From Penicillus capitatus (taxonomy: Eukaryota; Plantae; Chlorophyta), in contig OZ287694.1 in the NCBI GenBank assembly GCA_965649825.1, positions 743,197 to 807,196 of the forward strand: a stretch of 64,000 nt of DNA. Direction: 5' to 3'. The notes beneath the pieces are model-generated. The model saw nothing but the letters and a program-made list of their open reading frames with translations. It did not search any database and was not told the DNA's origin. How positions within the stretch are numbered: position 1 is the stretch's first letter; every line of letters starts with the position of its first letter. Made by a program: the position numbers and the translations under genes. Shown one piece after another: positions 17,150-29,041 of the stretch.

Positions 17150-18015
17150 CAAGAGGTTAAACATCTGCTAGATAAAGCTGTACTGGCAGCGTTTCGATAG
17201 ATCTTTGGAATGTCAAGCAAATGGATATATTCGGTCTTATGGTTGGCGTCGTTGATGCTAAATACAGAATGCCGCAGATAGGTAACGTTAGGTCTCGCGG
17301 ATAGAACGTCCACGACTGACGATGCTTTAATGGCAGACATGAATTAGCTTTGGAAAAGAACAATGCGATAAAAAAGCCGTTTGCTATCACATTTAATGAT
17401 GAGGCAAATATGAGATGTTGCAGAAGAGCTCAAAGTTCAACTCAAAAGACACGTCGATGACTACTTGCACAGCCAGGCGTAGCCCATATTCTGTCAAATA
17501 CATGCGGCAAAGCGTGTACCGTTTCTGTCGCAGGGCCGGCCGCGCAACGAAAACGATATTAAGGAAGAGCTTTGCAACTGTTCGGAGCAAGGAAAGGATC
17601 GTATTCGGCTTTATATTCCCACACAGTTAGACGACTAGCTAGGCAGTCGCATAATCGTACTTTCAAGACCACGCAAAGCGCCTCTAACAAAATCAACCAT
17701 TCAGCCATTCCAGGGCACAAAGTCTGTCGTTAAAAAGGTCAACAGTTTCGGCCGTGTTAAAGGATGCAAAGAGCTCCAACCGATGGTGCATGACATATAC
17801 AAAGAAAGTCCCATAGATATCACTATAGTTATCTCTATCGAGTGCATTTGTTTCTTATGAACTGCGATAGTCTTGTAAATCGATAATATCGATTACTGCA
17901 TCGTAGAGTGGAAAAGGGCTTCGCTGCTTCGTAATGCACAACAGCACACTCTGACACCGATGCACAAATTCGTAGCGGGTGTACCAAAAGGTTTGCAAGT
18001 CTCGTGACATCTTCC
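17150..18015 (-). mobile_element. Possible decayed hAT-like DNA transposase relic
   Basis: AT-richer spacer with stop-interrupted protein-like frames. LQTFWYTRYEFVHR resembles the hAT TRWNS region. YPRDLTLPICGILYLASTTPTIRPNIS resembles the hAT C-terminal dimerisation motif. Resemblance judged by eye only. Confidence 0.3.
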
Positions 18016-18155
18016 AAGAGCGCAATCGAGAATCGCGCGGCGATCCATCACATGTTTTCCTCTTTTGTGCTGCAGGGGATTCGTAATGTCTTCCTTCCTA
18101 CAAGACAGGGGATGTTATAATTGTTACATACAAGACGATAAAGAACATCGACAGG

Positions 18156-18703
18156 TTATTTCTCGGTCTGACCAGGAATACTGAAATGGACCTTAAGAAC
18201 GACACGGCCGCTGGAGAAGGTGTCCACCGATCCTTGGAACTCCATGATGCGATAGGCGTCGGGGAAGATGCCTTCGGATTCAAAGAGCCGTTGGACCTGA
18301 AGGGGAACGACCCCGTCGAAGAGGGAACGCGAGGATGCCGCCACGCACCTCTTGTCGAACGAGATCGGGATCGCGATCCGCATTCCAAGAATTGGCATCT
18401 CCCCAGGCATAGGCGCAGCAGCAGCACAGGGTCGCCCAGATGTTGTAGAAGAACCAGAAGCAGCAACGTTCCTTGATGAGGATGTGCGTCTGGATGCGCT
18501 TCTGAAGGACAGGTGGCAGGGCATAGGTGCCGCCGACGAGCTGCACCGCGCACCGTGTCGGTGTGAGAGCGAGCGAGAGGGGAATCTACCCGTGCCATTG
18601 TCTTTCCTCCGGGAAAGCGTTCGTACTCGGAGGCACTGAGCACCAGAGACGGTTCGAAGAACATGACGGCCTTTTCGTTGACCTTTACATCGAAGGACGC
18701 CAT
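18156..18703 (-). CDS. Cys-rich 148-aa hypothetical protein, copy 2 (3 exons)
   Basis: Near-identical to 15505-16053; only two amino-acid differences seen (A21V, H29R); stop codon TAA. Confidence 0.85.
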
Positions 18704-18873
18704 TTCGCCGATGCGTGCGATGACGGATTCCTTGAATTGTACAGAATTCATCTGTCGGATGACGTTGCGTGACTCGGCCAGACGGATGTGACCGTGAGGT
18801 AAAAATGCATCGACTCGCGTGATCTCTTGCGACGTTGGGAGTCATTTCTGTGTTTTGCGTTGTTGCGTTGTAC

Positions 18874-19227
18874 ATGGATCTGTTTCAAATCGTCGTCCGT
18901 AATTTGGACAACAAAGGTTACTGCGTCGACGTTACAGCTTCAGAAACAATACAAGACGTAAAGAAAAAGCTCGAACCAAAAACGGGTACCGTCTTTGTCG
19001 CTTCGCAGAAAAGCGCCTGAAGCGCGGTTACCGGTTTCAGGTCTCAAACCTGCGGAACATCGTCTCGTCTTTAACGGAAAGTTGCTAAAAGAAGAGAAAA
19101 CAATCCAACAATACGGTATTGGCGAGAGTAATCCCCGACTCTTTTGTCGCGTTCTATCGGAAGCATTGTTTGATTAGATGATGTGATACTGTCCGTCGTC
19201 CGCGGCGTTGGAGGATGCTCCATGTAA
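18874..19227 (+). CDS. Ubiquitin-like protein copy 2 (82 aa, C-terminus VGGCSM)
   Basis: Introns at 18986-19040 and 19128-19177, in the same positions as copy 1. MDLFQIVVRNLDNKGYCVDVTASETIQDVKKKLEPKTGLKPAEHRLVFNGKLLKEEKTIQQYGIGENDVILSVVRGVGGCSM. Confidence 0.92.
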
Positions 19228-19974
19228 GGACGCCTAGACACTCCAAAGTTATCGGCGGGCACTCGGATGGAGCAACCACCGATAGCAGTCTATCACAACG
19301 ATTTCGCTAAGATTTAGCACCGTCATCTGTCTACGACGAGTTTGGGTCGTATGTGTACAAACGTAAAAAACTCCTTTGCTCTCTGCTTTTAACCAAACGA
19401 CCTATGACGTGGTTCTGCAAAAAGTGCGTGCTTGGTTGATTCGGTCGGTAACGAAGCGCGAGTTGAAAGGATGACTCAGTATTGTGCTGGCAGGGGTCTT
19501 TTTACGCCGTCGATAACCACCAGACGAAAATACTTCCGATGTACAATTCTCACGTAACTTCTGCTGCACGATCGTGGTTCTTACACGACAAAACATCGCC
19601 CATTCGTGTCAAACATAGACTTAAGAACAATGGTTGTAGATGAGGGTGTTTTTGCGAGATCTGTCTTTTTGTTGCCTGCGTATCGTGATGCGTTTCGATC
19701 GAAATCACCGTTCTCCTCTGACATTTCGATGTTTTTCGATCCGAAATCGACATCGATTATACTCTTCGTTCAGCCATCGATTGTTACACACCGCCATGGA
19801 AGAAGCCACGTAACAGGGCAAAACAACAGAAAAACGCTCTTCCAGTCCATCCCAATGCGTCCTTTCATTTGTACCTGCCCATATTACCTGCCATAAAAAT
19901 CATCTTGGTTGGTATACACAAAATAAAGGGCTCAAGAAGCATGCTGCTAGAATGCAGCACGTCGCCATTTCCAT

Positions 19975-22532
19975 CTAACATCTCTTCAGAATTCGAAAAG
20001 GAGGCGTCACGCCGTTTCGTTGATCAGCCCTCATTCCAGGAATGTAGAAAGCTCTGACAGATAGTACGCATAAGAGTGAGAACGCATATGCTGCGAGAGG
20101 TCACACTTGTCTTTACAGAGTGTGTTGTCTTCGTGAATAATGGAGTATTCTTCCGGCACGATTGTCTCGGGTGGGCAGATGAGCATCATCAATCTCGGCT
20201 TCAGTTTTGCGGCATGGAGAACGAAACGATTGGCGAGAAAGGCGTTCACACCGAAAGGTGGATTGAGCCCCACGACCAAGTTCTCACCTAATCTCACGCT
20301 TTTACACAGAAATTGTGGCAATGTCTTTGACGACCTTTGTCCAATTCTGAACGGGTGACATCGAACCAGTTCTTTCGCACGAACCCGTCCATTCGGAACG
20401 GTGTGAACAGATCGTAAGCACGGACTCTGACCTGCAGCAGATGTCAGTCACACAAGAGAGATGAGATGTGACAGGGCAATTGCCTGGAAGTTATTTCCCT
20501 TGCAGAAATCCATAATTATGCCGATGAATTCGTTGGCACCACAGCTGAAATCGACCACCAGGTCTCCCGGCTTCAAGTATCCGATCACGTGTTGGGCAAT
20601 GTGTTTCAGAATCGGTGTCTTGGTAAAGTGACGTCCGTAGGATGTGTATCTCGGGTGGAGAAATGGCGCACAGGAGATGCGCATAGACTTCAATGCTGCC
20701 TTCATCTGCTCGATCATTTTGGGCGCCACGAGATCCGAAGGGTGACGCGGATCGAAGGTCGCTCGGTTAACGGAGTGGATGAAAAAATCCAGTCGATCTT
20801 CAGTCAGCTTCACATGTCGTCGGCGATGATAGGGAAACGCAGTCATCAGCTCATTCTCGACATCCTGCATCGAAATGCTGTTCATCGAGCTCTCCATCAA
20901 AGCCCTCAACTGCGAGCGCCGCTTGGAGCCTAGGAGAGAAGGTGTGAGGAAATGTGGAAATGGACATGAGGCGTGCTTTGGTCTTCTTCTCTGTCGAGGA
21001 CAGCCTGAAAAGCGGAGCGCAGTTCTTCCTCGCTCTTGCGGTTTTGTGGACGCATGCGCTTTTTCTGTGCAATTCTGAGCGCTTCGTTTTCGAACGACTT
21101 GGATGAATCTCTCTGAACATTCAGTGCGGCCAGAGCGACGGACAGATCTTCACCCAGACATCTTCGATTTCTCTCAGGGATGTATGGCTCGGAGGATTTT
21201 AGGCAACGGAATTTCAGAGCATAAGCCGTGCGCCATTTTTTCCATAGGGTTTCAGAGAAAAGAGGGGCATCGTGCACGGGTCCTTGCATCATGTTTTGGG
21301 TCTGATGGTTTTCGCAGTAGAAGAAATTCTCACTCACTTGGGTAAACTCCAGTAGCCTTCCATCTTTACTAACTGCCGCTTTCCAGATCCGTGTCGGATT
21401 GTCACGGATCTTTCGCGGCATACAGCTCTCATGCATCGCTTTGGGACAACGTCTGTTGTTCCCATGGATCAGGTAAGAGTGAGAAAAAGTGTGACTTGCT
21501 TGCAAGGGAAGAGCAAATCGGAGGCGGTATCTTCGGCTGTACCGCAGTGGCAGCAAAAATGCAGAGGACAGACGAATGCCCCACGCCGTCGGTTGACCAT
21601 ATGAAAATCCACTTCCGTCTTTCGTACAATCTGATCCTGACACTTACGACAATAGAACTTACCACAATCGGCAAAATCACACCTAGAATTCTCACACTTT
21701 TTCATCACATGACCCATGGGACAGAATGTGTGACTTGACGATCATCGGTTTATCACTGGTGACGTCCAATTTATACTCCCTTTGGCATTTGAAGCATCGA
21801 TGTGTACGACTCCAGCAGTTGGGACACTCAAACGGATGCTTGCTGTTCACGATCGCCGCTCTGAGATCCTCCGGGATTTTCAACGGATTGCATTCGCGTT
21901 CTGCACAAACATACATCACACCGATCGATGTGACAGCCAATTAGACCCACCCACGTGGAAAGCACGCATACAGGGACCATCACACATCAGCAGATTACCG
22001 CCGTCATCGCACCAGGCACACATAGTATCGCCCGTAAAGTACCCATCGTCGTCTTCCTCCTCATCGTCATCGTTTTCGTCCTCATCGAGTGGCGCCTTCT
22101 CATGAGCGGTGGAGATCCGGACAGGTTCCGGAACTTCCTCCTCCTCGTCTTCCGTCAGCTTCGACGATCTTTGGTGCCACGACGACGGCGAGCAGGACGG
22201 CGTGGCCTCCGCTGCCGGTTCGCTATGGGAAAACGGCTTCACCCCGACGTCGCCTTTCATCAGGACCTATTCACGGATCGCTTCTCTTCTATTCGACCCC
22301 CCGTTCATCGCACTTTTTTCGATTCGACGATGTGTATACGGCGCTGAATCGAAGACGTTCGGCGTCTGGCTTCGTCGTCGAGGATCTTGCTGCGTTGAGT
22401 TCCGACCTCGCGGATAAGAGCGGAACCGTCGTAAAGAAAGAAACGGTCATGTTCTGCGTCGTCTGGATCTTTGCGTCGTTCAAAACGTACACGATCACGT
22501 GCGCAGCTGTGGTCCACCGTCGCCTCCGCCAT
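19975..22532 (-). CDS. EDM2-like protein (PHD-finger cluster plus C-terminal N6-adenine-MTase-like domain)
   Basis: CAWCDDGGNLLMCDGPCMRAFH, FECPNC, CPLHFCCHC, CKRCPKAMHESC. C-terminal region RYTSYGRHFTK...GDLVVDFSCGANEF...GLNPPFGVNAFLANRF...PRLMMLICPPET...AFYIPG matches plant EDM2 motifs. Start and end are approximate. Confidence 0.85.
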
Positions 22533-22618
22533 CGCTCATAAAAACGAAACGGCGTAACAGTTTTTGAAATGACGCTTCATCATGGCGCTTCAATGAAAAC
22601 GTCACGTTCTTCTTAAGA

Positions 22619-23995
22619 TTAGCCGTGGACGAAATTGTAGCCGGCCTCGATCGACGCATTCAACTCAGGAATCATTTCTTTTAGCTTTTCCTTCTCGTAG
22701 GCCGTCGTTTCGCCAACTGGATAGATTTCTTCGACCCCTTCGCGCGAAAGCAGCGCTTTCGATGAAAAGTAAGAAACGCCGTCGACGATGGAGCTCTCGA
22801 CGTAGGTGCATTCGATCACTTTCTTCTGACCTGTTCGTAAGTGTCAGTCACTCTTTTGACGAAAGAGTGAGAGATCGATACCGTTGAGTCCGCGAAGACA
22901 GGCATCGGCGAAAAGAGCACCGGCGTAAGCCATGGACAGCGTCGCTGAACCCTGCAAACGCGATCTCGTTACGGCGAAAGGCAGATGTCGCATCTTACCT
23001 TTCCAGCCTTGGCCTCGACGACTTCGGTTCCGCCATCTTGTGTTCGTTTCGTAATGGCGTCGAGGTCATCGGGCGACATCTCTTTGAACGGCGTTGCCTA
23101 TCCATTAGACGTCACATCATGCCATCAAAAGTACAGTGATTGGTATTGTACTTGAGAAAAGAGTGGTAGAATGGTAATGCCGGCATGGCCACCGACGACA
23201 GGAATGTCGACGTCGCCAACATCCAATCCTTGCTTCTCTGCATAGAACGTCTTTGCACGGACCTGTCGAGCGCAATGGACTGAGGAATGCATGCGTTAAG
23301 AGTGAGTAAGGATGAGGACCACGTCAAGTGTTGTAACGCCCAGAATCTTGCGCTTGTCGTAGACGCCCATTTTCTTTAGCGTCTCGGCCGCCACCGGGAC
23401 GGTCGAGTTTACAGGATTGCTAATCATGTTGACGAGGGCCCCGGGGCAATGCTTTCCAACACCCTCGATCAACGTCTTCACGATACCTGCATTGATCTAC
23501 ACAGAAATCCCTCATGTATCTCACACTTAGCTCAAAAGAGTGAGACGTCGAAAAGTTCTTGTCGCAACATTCCCGGCTTTCGAGGCACACCGGCTGGGAT
23601 GACGACCAAATCCGCACCCGTTAGTGCGCCACTCAACGCCTCCGGTCCCGTATAATGCTGAATATGATGTGACTACCAAAAGAGTGAGATGAAGAGGGAG
23701 CCGTGCCTGGATTTTGGCATTGGTATTGATATGACTCACGTCAACGCCGACGCCTGCGACGTTTGCAATATCATAGAGCGCAAGCTCCGAGACTGCTGGA
23801 TTGATCTAGAGATGTGCGATGAGATCCAGTGTCCGTTGACGGACGAGAGCCGACTTTCATGAGGAGAGACAGTGGTTGGCCAATGCCGCCTGCGGCTCCC
23901 AGGATCGCGACCTTTCGTTCGGGCATGGCCGCAGCGGAGGCTAAACTGCGATGAAGCGAAGCCGCTTTCTTCGCGGCGCGCAAGAGATGCAACAT
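22619..23995 (-). CDS. MDH: Malate dehydrogenase, NAD-dependent, mitochondrial-type
   Basis: [74 protein letters not shown]; N-terminal presequence-like extension. Confidence 0.96.
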
Positions 23996-24278
23996 CGTGA
24001 TGTCTCGTGCGTGAGATCCTTGAGTCCAGGGGTAGCGGCGACAAATGCGAAATGAAAATTCGCGTCGATGATTTGCGTCTTCTTTTTCAAATGGCTCGAT
24101 GCCTTGTAAGGTTCTCCTCGACGCAACACATGGCCTTGCGTCTGTGCTGTCGTCTCAAAGCGACACCATTCAGAGAGTCGCTATCTACGGCACGTCATGA
24201 TCTCAGAGGATGAAGGGAGTAAATGGCGTGTGATAGAGCGAGGAAGGCGAGACGGACAGAGAACGGGAGGTCGATCGA

Positions 24279-26654
24279 ATGGAGAAGCGTTTGGCGACGT
24301 TCGGAACACGTGCGGCTTACAAACACTTCGATCCACGTATCTTTCAGTTGGAACCAGATAAAGGTCATTAACGCTGCAGCGTAATATCCAAGTGTGATAT
24401 GATGTGACGTTTATCGTATGGATCAGAGGGACGTATGACGTATGTTAAGATGTTGGACAAACTCTTGACGGCCTGTGCCACATCTGGCGACTATCAAATG
24501 GCGCTGGCTGTTGTCGATTGGATGGAAGCGACAGGCAAGCGGGAGATTCGCAGTTTCTTCCTATGACGGTGATTAAGTATAGGGCATAAAGTGGGATATG
24601 TTGCTCTGGGGTCTGTTCTGAAAGCTTTCTGTCAAGGACAAGCGGTCCACAAGGCCGTTCCGTTTCTCCAACAATTGCCGGCTGAACGGGTCACTCGTGT
24701 GATGTACGGCACCGTTCTGAGCACTTGTGCAACAGAAGGTAAGACGTCATGTGCAAAGGGAGACTCTCATATCTGGTCTCTGTAGAAAGACCAGATCTCT
24801 TTGAAATTGTGTGGCAAGATATGCTGTCCAAAGGCCAGACGCCAGATGAACTGATCTGGGCATATCGGCTCAGAATGCTGAGCACGATCTCGCTGGAGGC
24901 ATTGGAGAGCGGATGGGAGAATGTAAAGGCGCAAAGCGCAGAAACGATGGGCTTCAGGACGCGGTCGGCTTATCTGGTTGGATTGGCACGGTAGCAGCTC
25001 ATGGCAACGATGTTGGCATATTTCTTGTAGTTTGGATGATGCGAAGGGTGCCCAAGCGTCCATGAAACTTCTCATCGAACAGTTTCCTCTCGACGCCAAT
25101 GACGTGCATTTTGATGAGCTCCACAAAGACTACTCTGTCGGTAATGACCACGACTCTTCCCTCGATCAGAAGCGCCTGACAAATGCTGCGCCGTTTAGCA
25201 TTCAACGCACTGCTTGGATACTGTGAGCGGCACAAAGATTATGCACAATGTGTGGACGTGATGAAGCTCATGGAGACGACTGGGTTCAAGAAGAACCTTC
25301 TTATCTACAATCACATCTTGGCAAACATGTACGCGGTAGACCGGCCGTCTATTGACCTGGAGGTGCATCTCTTGAACAGCATGCGTTGCACCGAGATGCG
25401 TGATTGGATTCAGGGAGTGTTGCGGGAGATGGAGAGAGAGGGTATCGCCCCAAATCATCACAGTTATAGTTGGCTGCTGGGTGCATTGAGGAAAGAGGGC
25501 AATGTGAAGGCCATGGAGATTTTTTGGGACAAGATGACGACAGCATGTTCGCAACAGATTCCTCTTCGCCTGTGCGAGATGGCCCTCTGTGTACAGGCGT
25601 GATTCCCGATACGCTGTGCTACAATGAGATGCTCAAAGGGTGCTCTCTGACAGGAGACCTTTCCAAATGCAGCAGAATCTACAGCTCCCTTTGCCAGAGC
25701 TCCTGTGTGCCGAACGCATCCACTTTCTTGGCTCTCTACAACACAGCCTCGGTCTTCCTGTTAGAAGGTCATTGGATAGCGCGGCATGATGAGCGCATCT
25801 GCTTTGCTCTTATCTAGGTAAAAAAGCGGCCAAGGCTGCTCGATTTGGTCCGAGGATGACACAGACCTCTGACTGGACGATGGTCTACCTCACGGTGCGA
25901 AGATGGGAAGAAGATATGAATCAGACAAAAGGCATCGAGATTCACAACGCGATTCTCACGAAGCTTGTGTACAGCTACGGCACCATGCTGGCCGACTCCG
26001 ATGTCTGGCGCGTTTTGGAAAGGGCACGGCATCAAGGCATCAAACCAGATCGCAACACGTACAACGTTGCCATCTTTGGCATTTCCTCAGCTGGCAACGT
26101 TCGTATCCCTCTTTCTCACTCTTGTACTTCATATCGTCTTTACAGAAGACGATGGCAGAGTCATTGGTGCAGCAGATGGAGAAGGATGGATTTCTGCCCT
26201 GTGTGGATACATTGAATGCTCTCCTTATGATGTATGTCAAACGAAAAGTGCCGAGAAGTCCTCTCTGGGTAAGACATGCGTCACAGAAGCTGTCGTCCAT
26301 GTGTTTTGATCAGATCCTGCTGTCCGACATGGAGTCCAGAGGCGTTGTACCGAATGACAAGACCCTTCGTTATCTTGTCTATATTGCCGAATCTGAGAAC
26401 GATCTTCAGCAGATCCGACAACGCCTGACGACGATGCAAGGGCGACCAAGTTTCGAAGCCTGGCGATCCCTGGTCAAGAAGCATTTTGAGCTCGACTGCA
26501 CCTACATACTGCCTCTTGTGCAACTGAAAGAAGTGGCATGGAGTGGTCTCGGCTAAGAGCATCTGATATCTAGGTGATCGAGATGATGCAGGAAAATGAG
26601 AGAGATGCTTTGGCTGATTTTCTCGACGGATCGATGGGACATCGACGTCTCTGA
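24279..26654 (+). CDS. Pentatricopeptide-repeat (PPR) protein
   Basis: Repeated 35-aa PPR-like units (e.g. MEREGIAPNHHSYSWLLGAL, GVIPDTLCYNEMLKGC, GIKPDRNTYNVAI, GFLPCVDTLNALL). Ends are approximate. Confidence 0.85.
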
Positions 26655-26669
26655 TCGCCGCACGACTCG

Positions 26670-27940
26670 ATGAGTCACGATTTCTGGAATGCGCAACGCA
26701 ACGCTTTGTTGGGAACCAGCGCCACCGTTACGACTTTAACGCATTCGCAGCCATCGCCGTCGTCACAACTGTCTCCGCCGGGTCGCCATGGCATGCCTCT
26801 TGAAAGCCACGCGCCGTCCATGTGGCGTCCGCCTGTGTGTCACGCTCGCTGCTTCTCTTTCCTGACGTTGCGATAGGTCGTGGGAGGTGGCAGTGCGATG
26901 CAGCGACTGGGGACGGGATCGGTTCAACCGTCTGTCTCGGCAATGTCGTCGTCGAAACGCTCGTCGTCATTTCCACTGTGGCATCAGCAGGAATCCCTTC
27001 AATCCGCTGCGCAGACGTTGCTGAGAGTGAGACGCCAGACCTCGATGCGTGCACTAACGGCGTTGCAGGATCTGCGAACGCGTGAGCAGTTACCGAGTCA
27101 CCTCCTCAACCAGCTCCATCAAGAAATCGTCCAATGCGTCCAAGCGCAGCAAGAAAATGCCAAGATGCTGAAAACACTGTCAGATCGTTTGACAGAGATA
27201 GACGCTGACAGCAAAGAAACAAAACGTAATATTGAACGGTCAGCCTTTCTGTCGCCCCACTGGCCAGGCAGAATGCGTTAGATATGAGCAGGATTCGGGA
27301 ATCCGTCGAATACTTAATGCAGCAGGAGAAAGAGAACGTCCGAAGGATAGACGACGCACCGGGATCTCCTGGTGGCAGGATGGACATAGAGAATCAAGTG
27401 TTGCCCGAACAGGACAAGACAGAGCTGATTCTGACAGATCAGTACGGTCGCGTTGTCTGTCGATCACCCGATGTCTGCTCAATTTGATCTGTGTTTGTGT
27501 TTCTGTCCAGCACGTAGCGCAGCCAAATCCCACAGATGGAAGAATCTCGAGGCGGGTGCAACAGACGAGGGAACGGTGTGTTGGTTGAAATACGAAATGC
27601 CGGACGTGCTGAGTGCGGTAATGTGCAGACGGACAGTCCGGAAAAGTATGTCATTCCGTCGGACTGGCAGAGAACGAGGGAAATCCGTAGTGCCTTCGTT
27701 CGAAGCGACCAGCAAGGTCGGCCTCCTATCCCCTGCGCCACTTATGCATCGTTTGTGCTGTTGCAGGAGTCTATTGCCGTAAGAGAAGTACTAAGAAGAC
27801 ATCGTAGCAGAAGAAAAGAAAAGGCAAAAGGGTTCAAAGTGATCCAGAAACGAAATCGGGAACCTCCACAGCGCCATTTTGTACAGAACACAGATCTGCA
27901 TCAACGTGTGATGTCGTGGTTAAACGACAGTCATATCTGA
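26670..27940 (+). CDS. Hypothetical coiled-coil / Ser-rich protein (multi-exon)
   Basis: Consecutive protein-like ORFs 26670-26876, 26880-27281, 27284-27487 and 27536-27940, joined by GT-AG gaps of about 50 nt. Confidence 0.5.
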
Positions 27941-28002
27941 ATACATAACGAGCTGTATTTTTGGCTCATTGCTAACGTCCGTCGTCCGTCGCGTCATAAG
28001 AT

Positions 28003-28997
28003 ATGCAGGCTATGAGCACAGAGCGTCTTCAGCAAGGCGTGCGTGAGCATTGTGATCCGTGCGGGTTCCTTTGATGAGACGGATATTTCTAGTTTCGTGG
28101 CGGCGTGTCGCACCTTCAGGAAAAACTCCTTAGTGCTAAAGTCAGCGTGCAGGATGTCTTATCGCAAGCACGTGTTCTGTCAACCATGGAAACCGAACTT
28201 CGCAGTCGCGAGCTTGAGGAAAATGCATCCAGTGATATCTGTACAGCGATGCTCGCGTCCAAAATCGATTCTGTTTCAGCGACGAGCCAACTGGAGACGA
28301 TGATGAAAGAATTCAGAAAAGACATTGCAGTGAAATGCAGCACCGATGACTCAATATGCTCAAAGATATACCGTCTGTGAGGTTCTAGGGGGCATTTCAA
28401 GTGTCGATGGCGAGGCCAGGAGAGGGAGGCGATGAGAAGGATGAAGGAATGACGGCCGAGCTTGCCAATCTGAAACAGCAGGTAACGGATTCTCTTTTAC
28501 CGTCTGTTCTTGACAGAGTGTGTTGTAGATCGCTTCGATGAAAGGAAGCCGCGACAAACTGCTGTTCGAAATCGATCGCCTCTCTGTCGAGTTGGAGTAT
28601 GCGGAGACCGAGCGGTTGTTGCTGCAGAAACAGAGGAAAGAGCAAGAGATGCTCGCCGTCTATTGGAAACATAAAGCCAGCGAACGATTTGATCAAATCG
28701 AACGTCTGAAAGAGATGCTCGACGAGAGCGCTGAGGTCCGACTCGCTCAATCTAGACGACCGGATGATCGAGATGTCTTAGGTCTGTCGCGAGAAGCAGC
28801 AGTCTCCACAGGCGGAGCTCTTTTCGGATGTTTCTAAGAAAGTGGCTGACGAGCAGCGGATGGAGACGCTCACATCTCAGCTCGTGATTTCGGAGCAGCG
28901 AAATAACCAACAACGGGAGACGTGGCTGCCGACGTTGAGACAGCTGGAAGTGCGACTCATGGAACTGAATGCCTCAATCACTGACGCTATTGATTAA
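28003..28997 (+). CDS. Hypothetical coiled-coil protein (multi-exon)
   Basis: Heptad-rich exons (LLFEIDRLSVELEYAETERLLLQKQRKEQE; WLPTLRQLEVRLMELNASITDAID*). Confidence 0.55.
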
Positions 28998-29041
28998 AAC
29001 TCTCGTCCCAACGTGCAACACAGAAGTTTCTGTTGTCTTTG

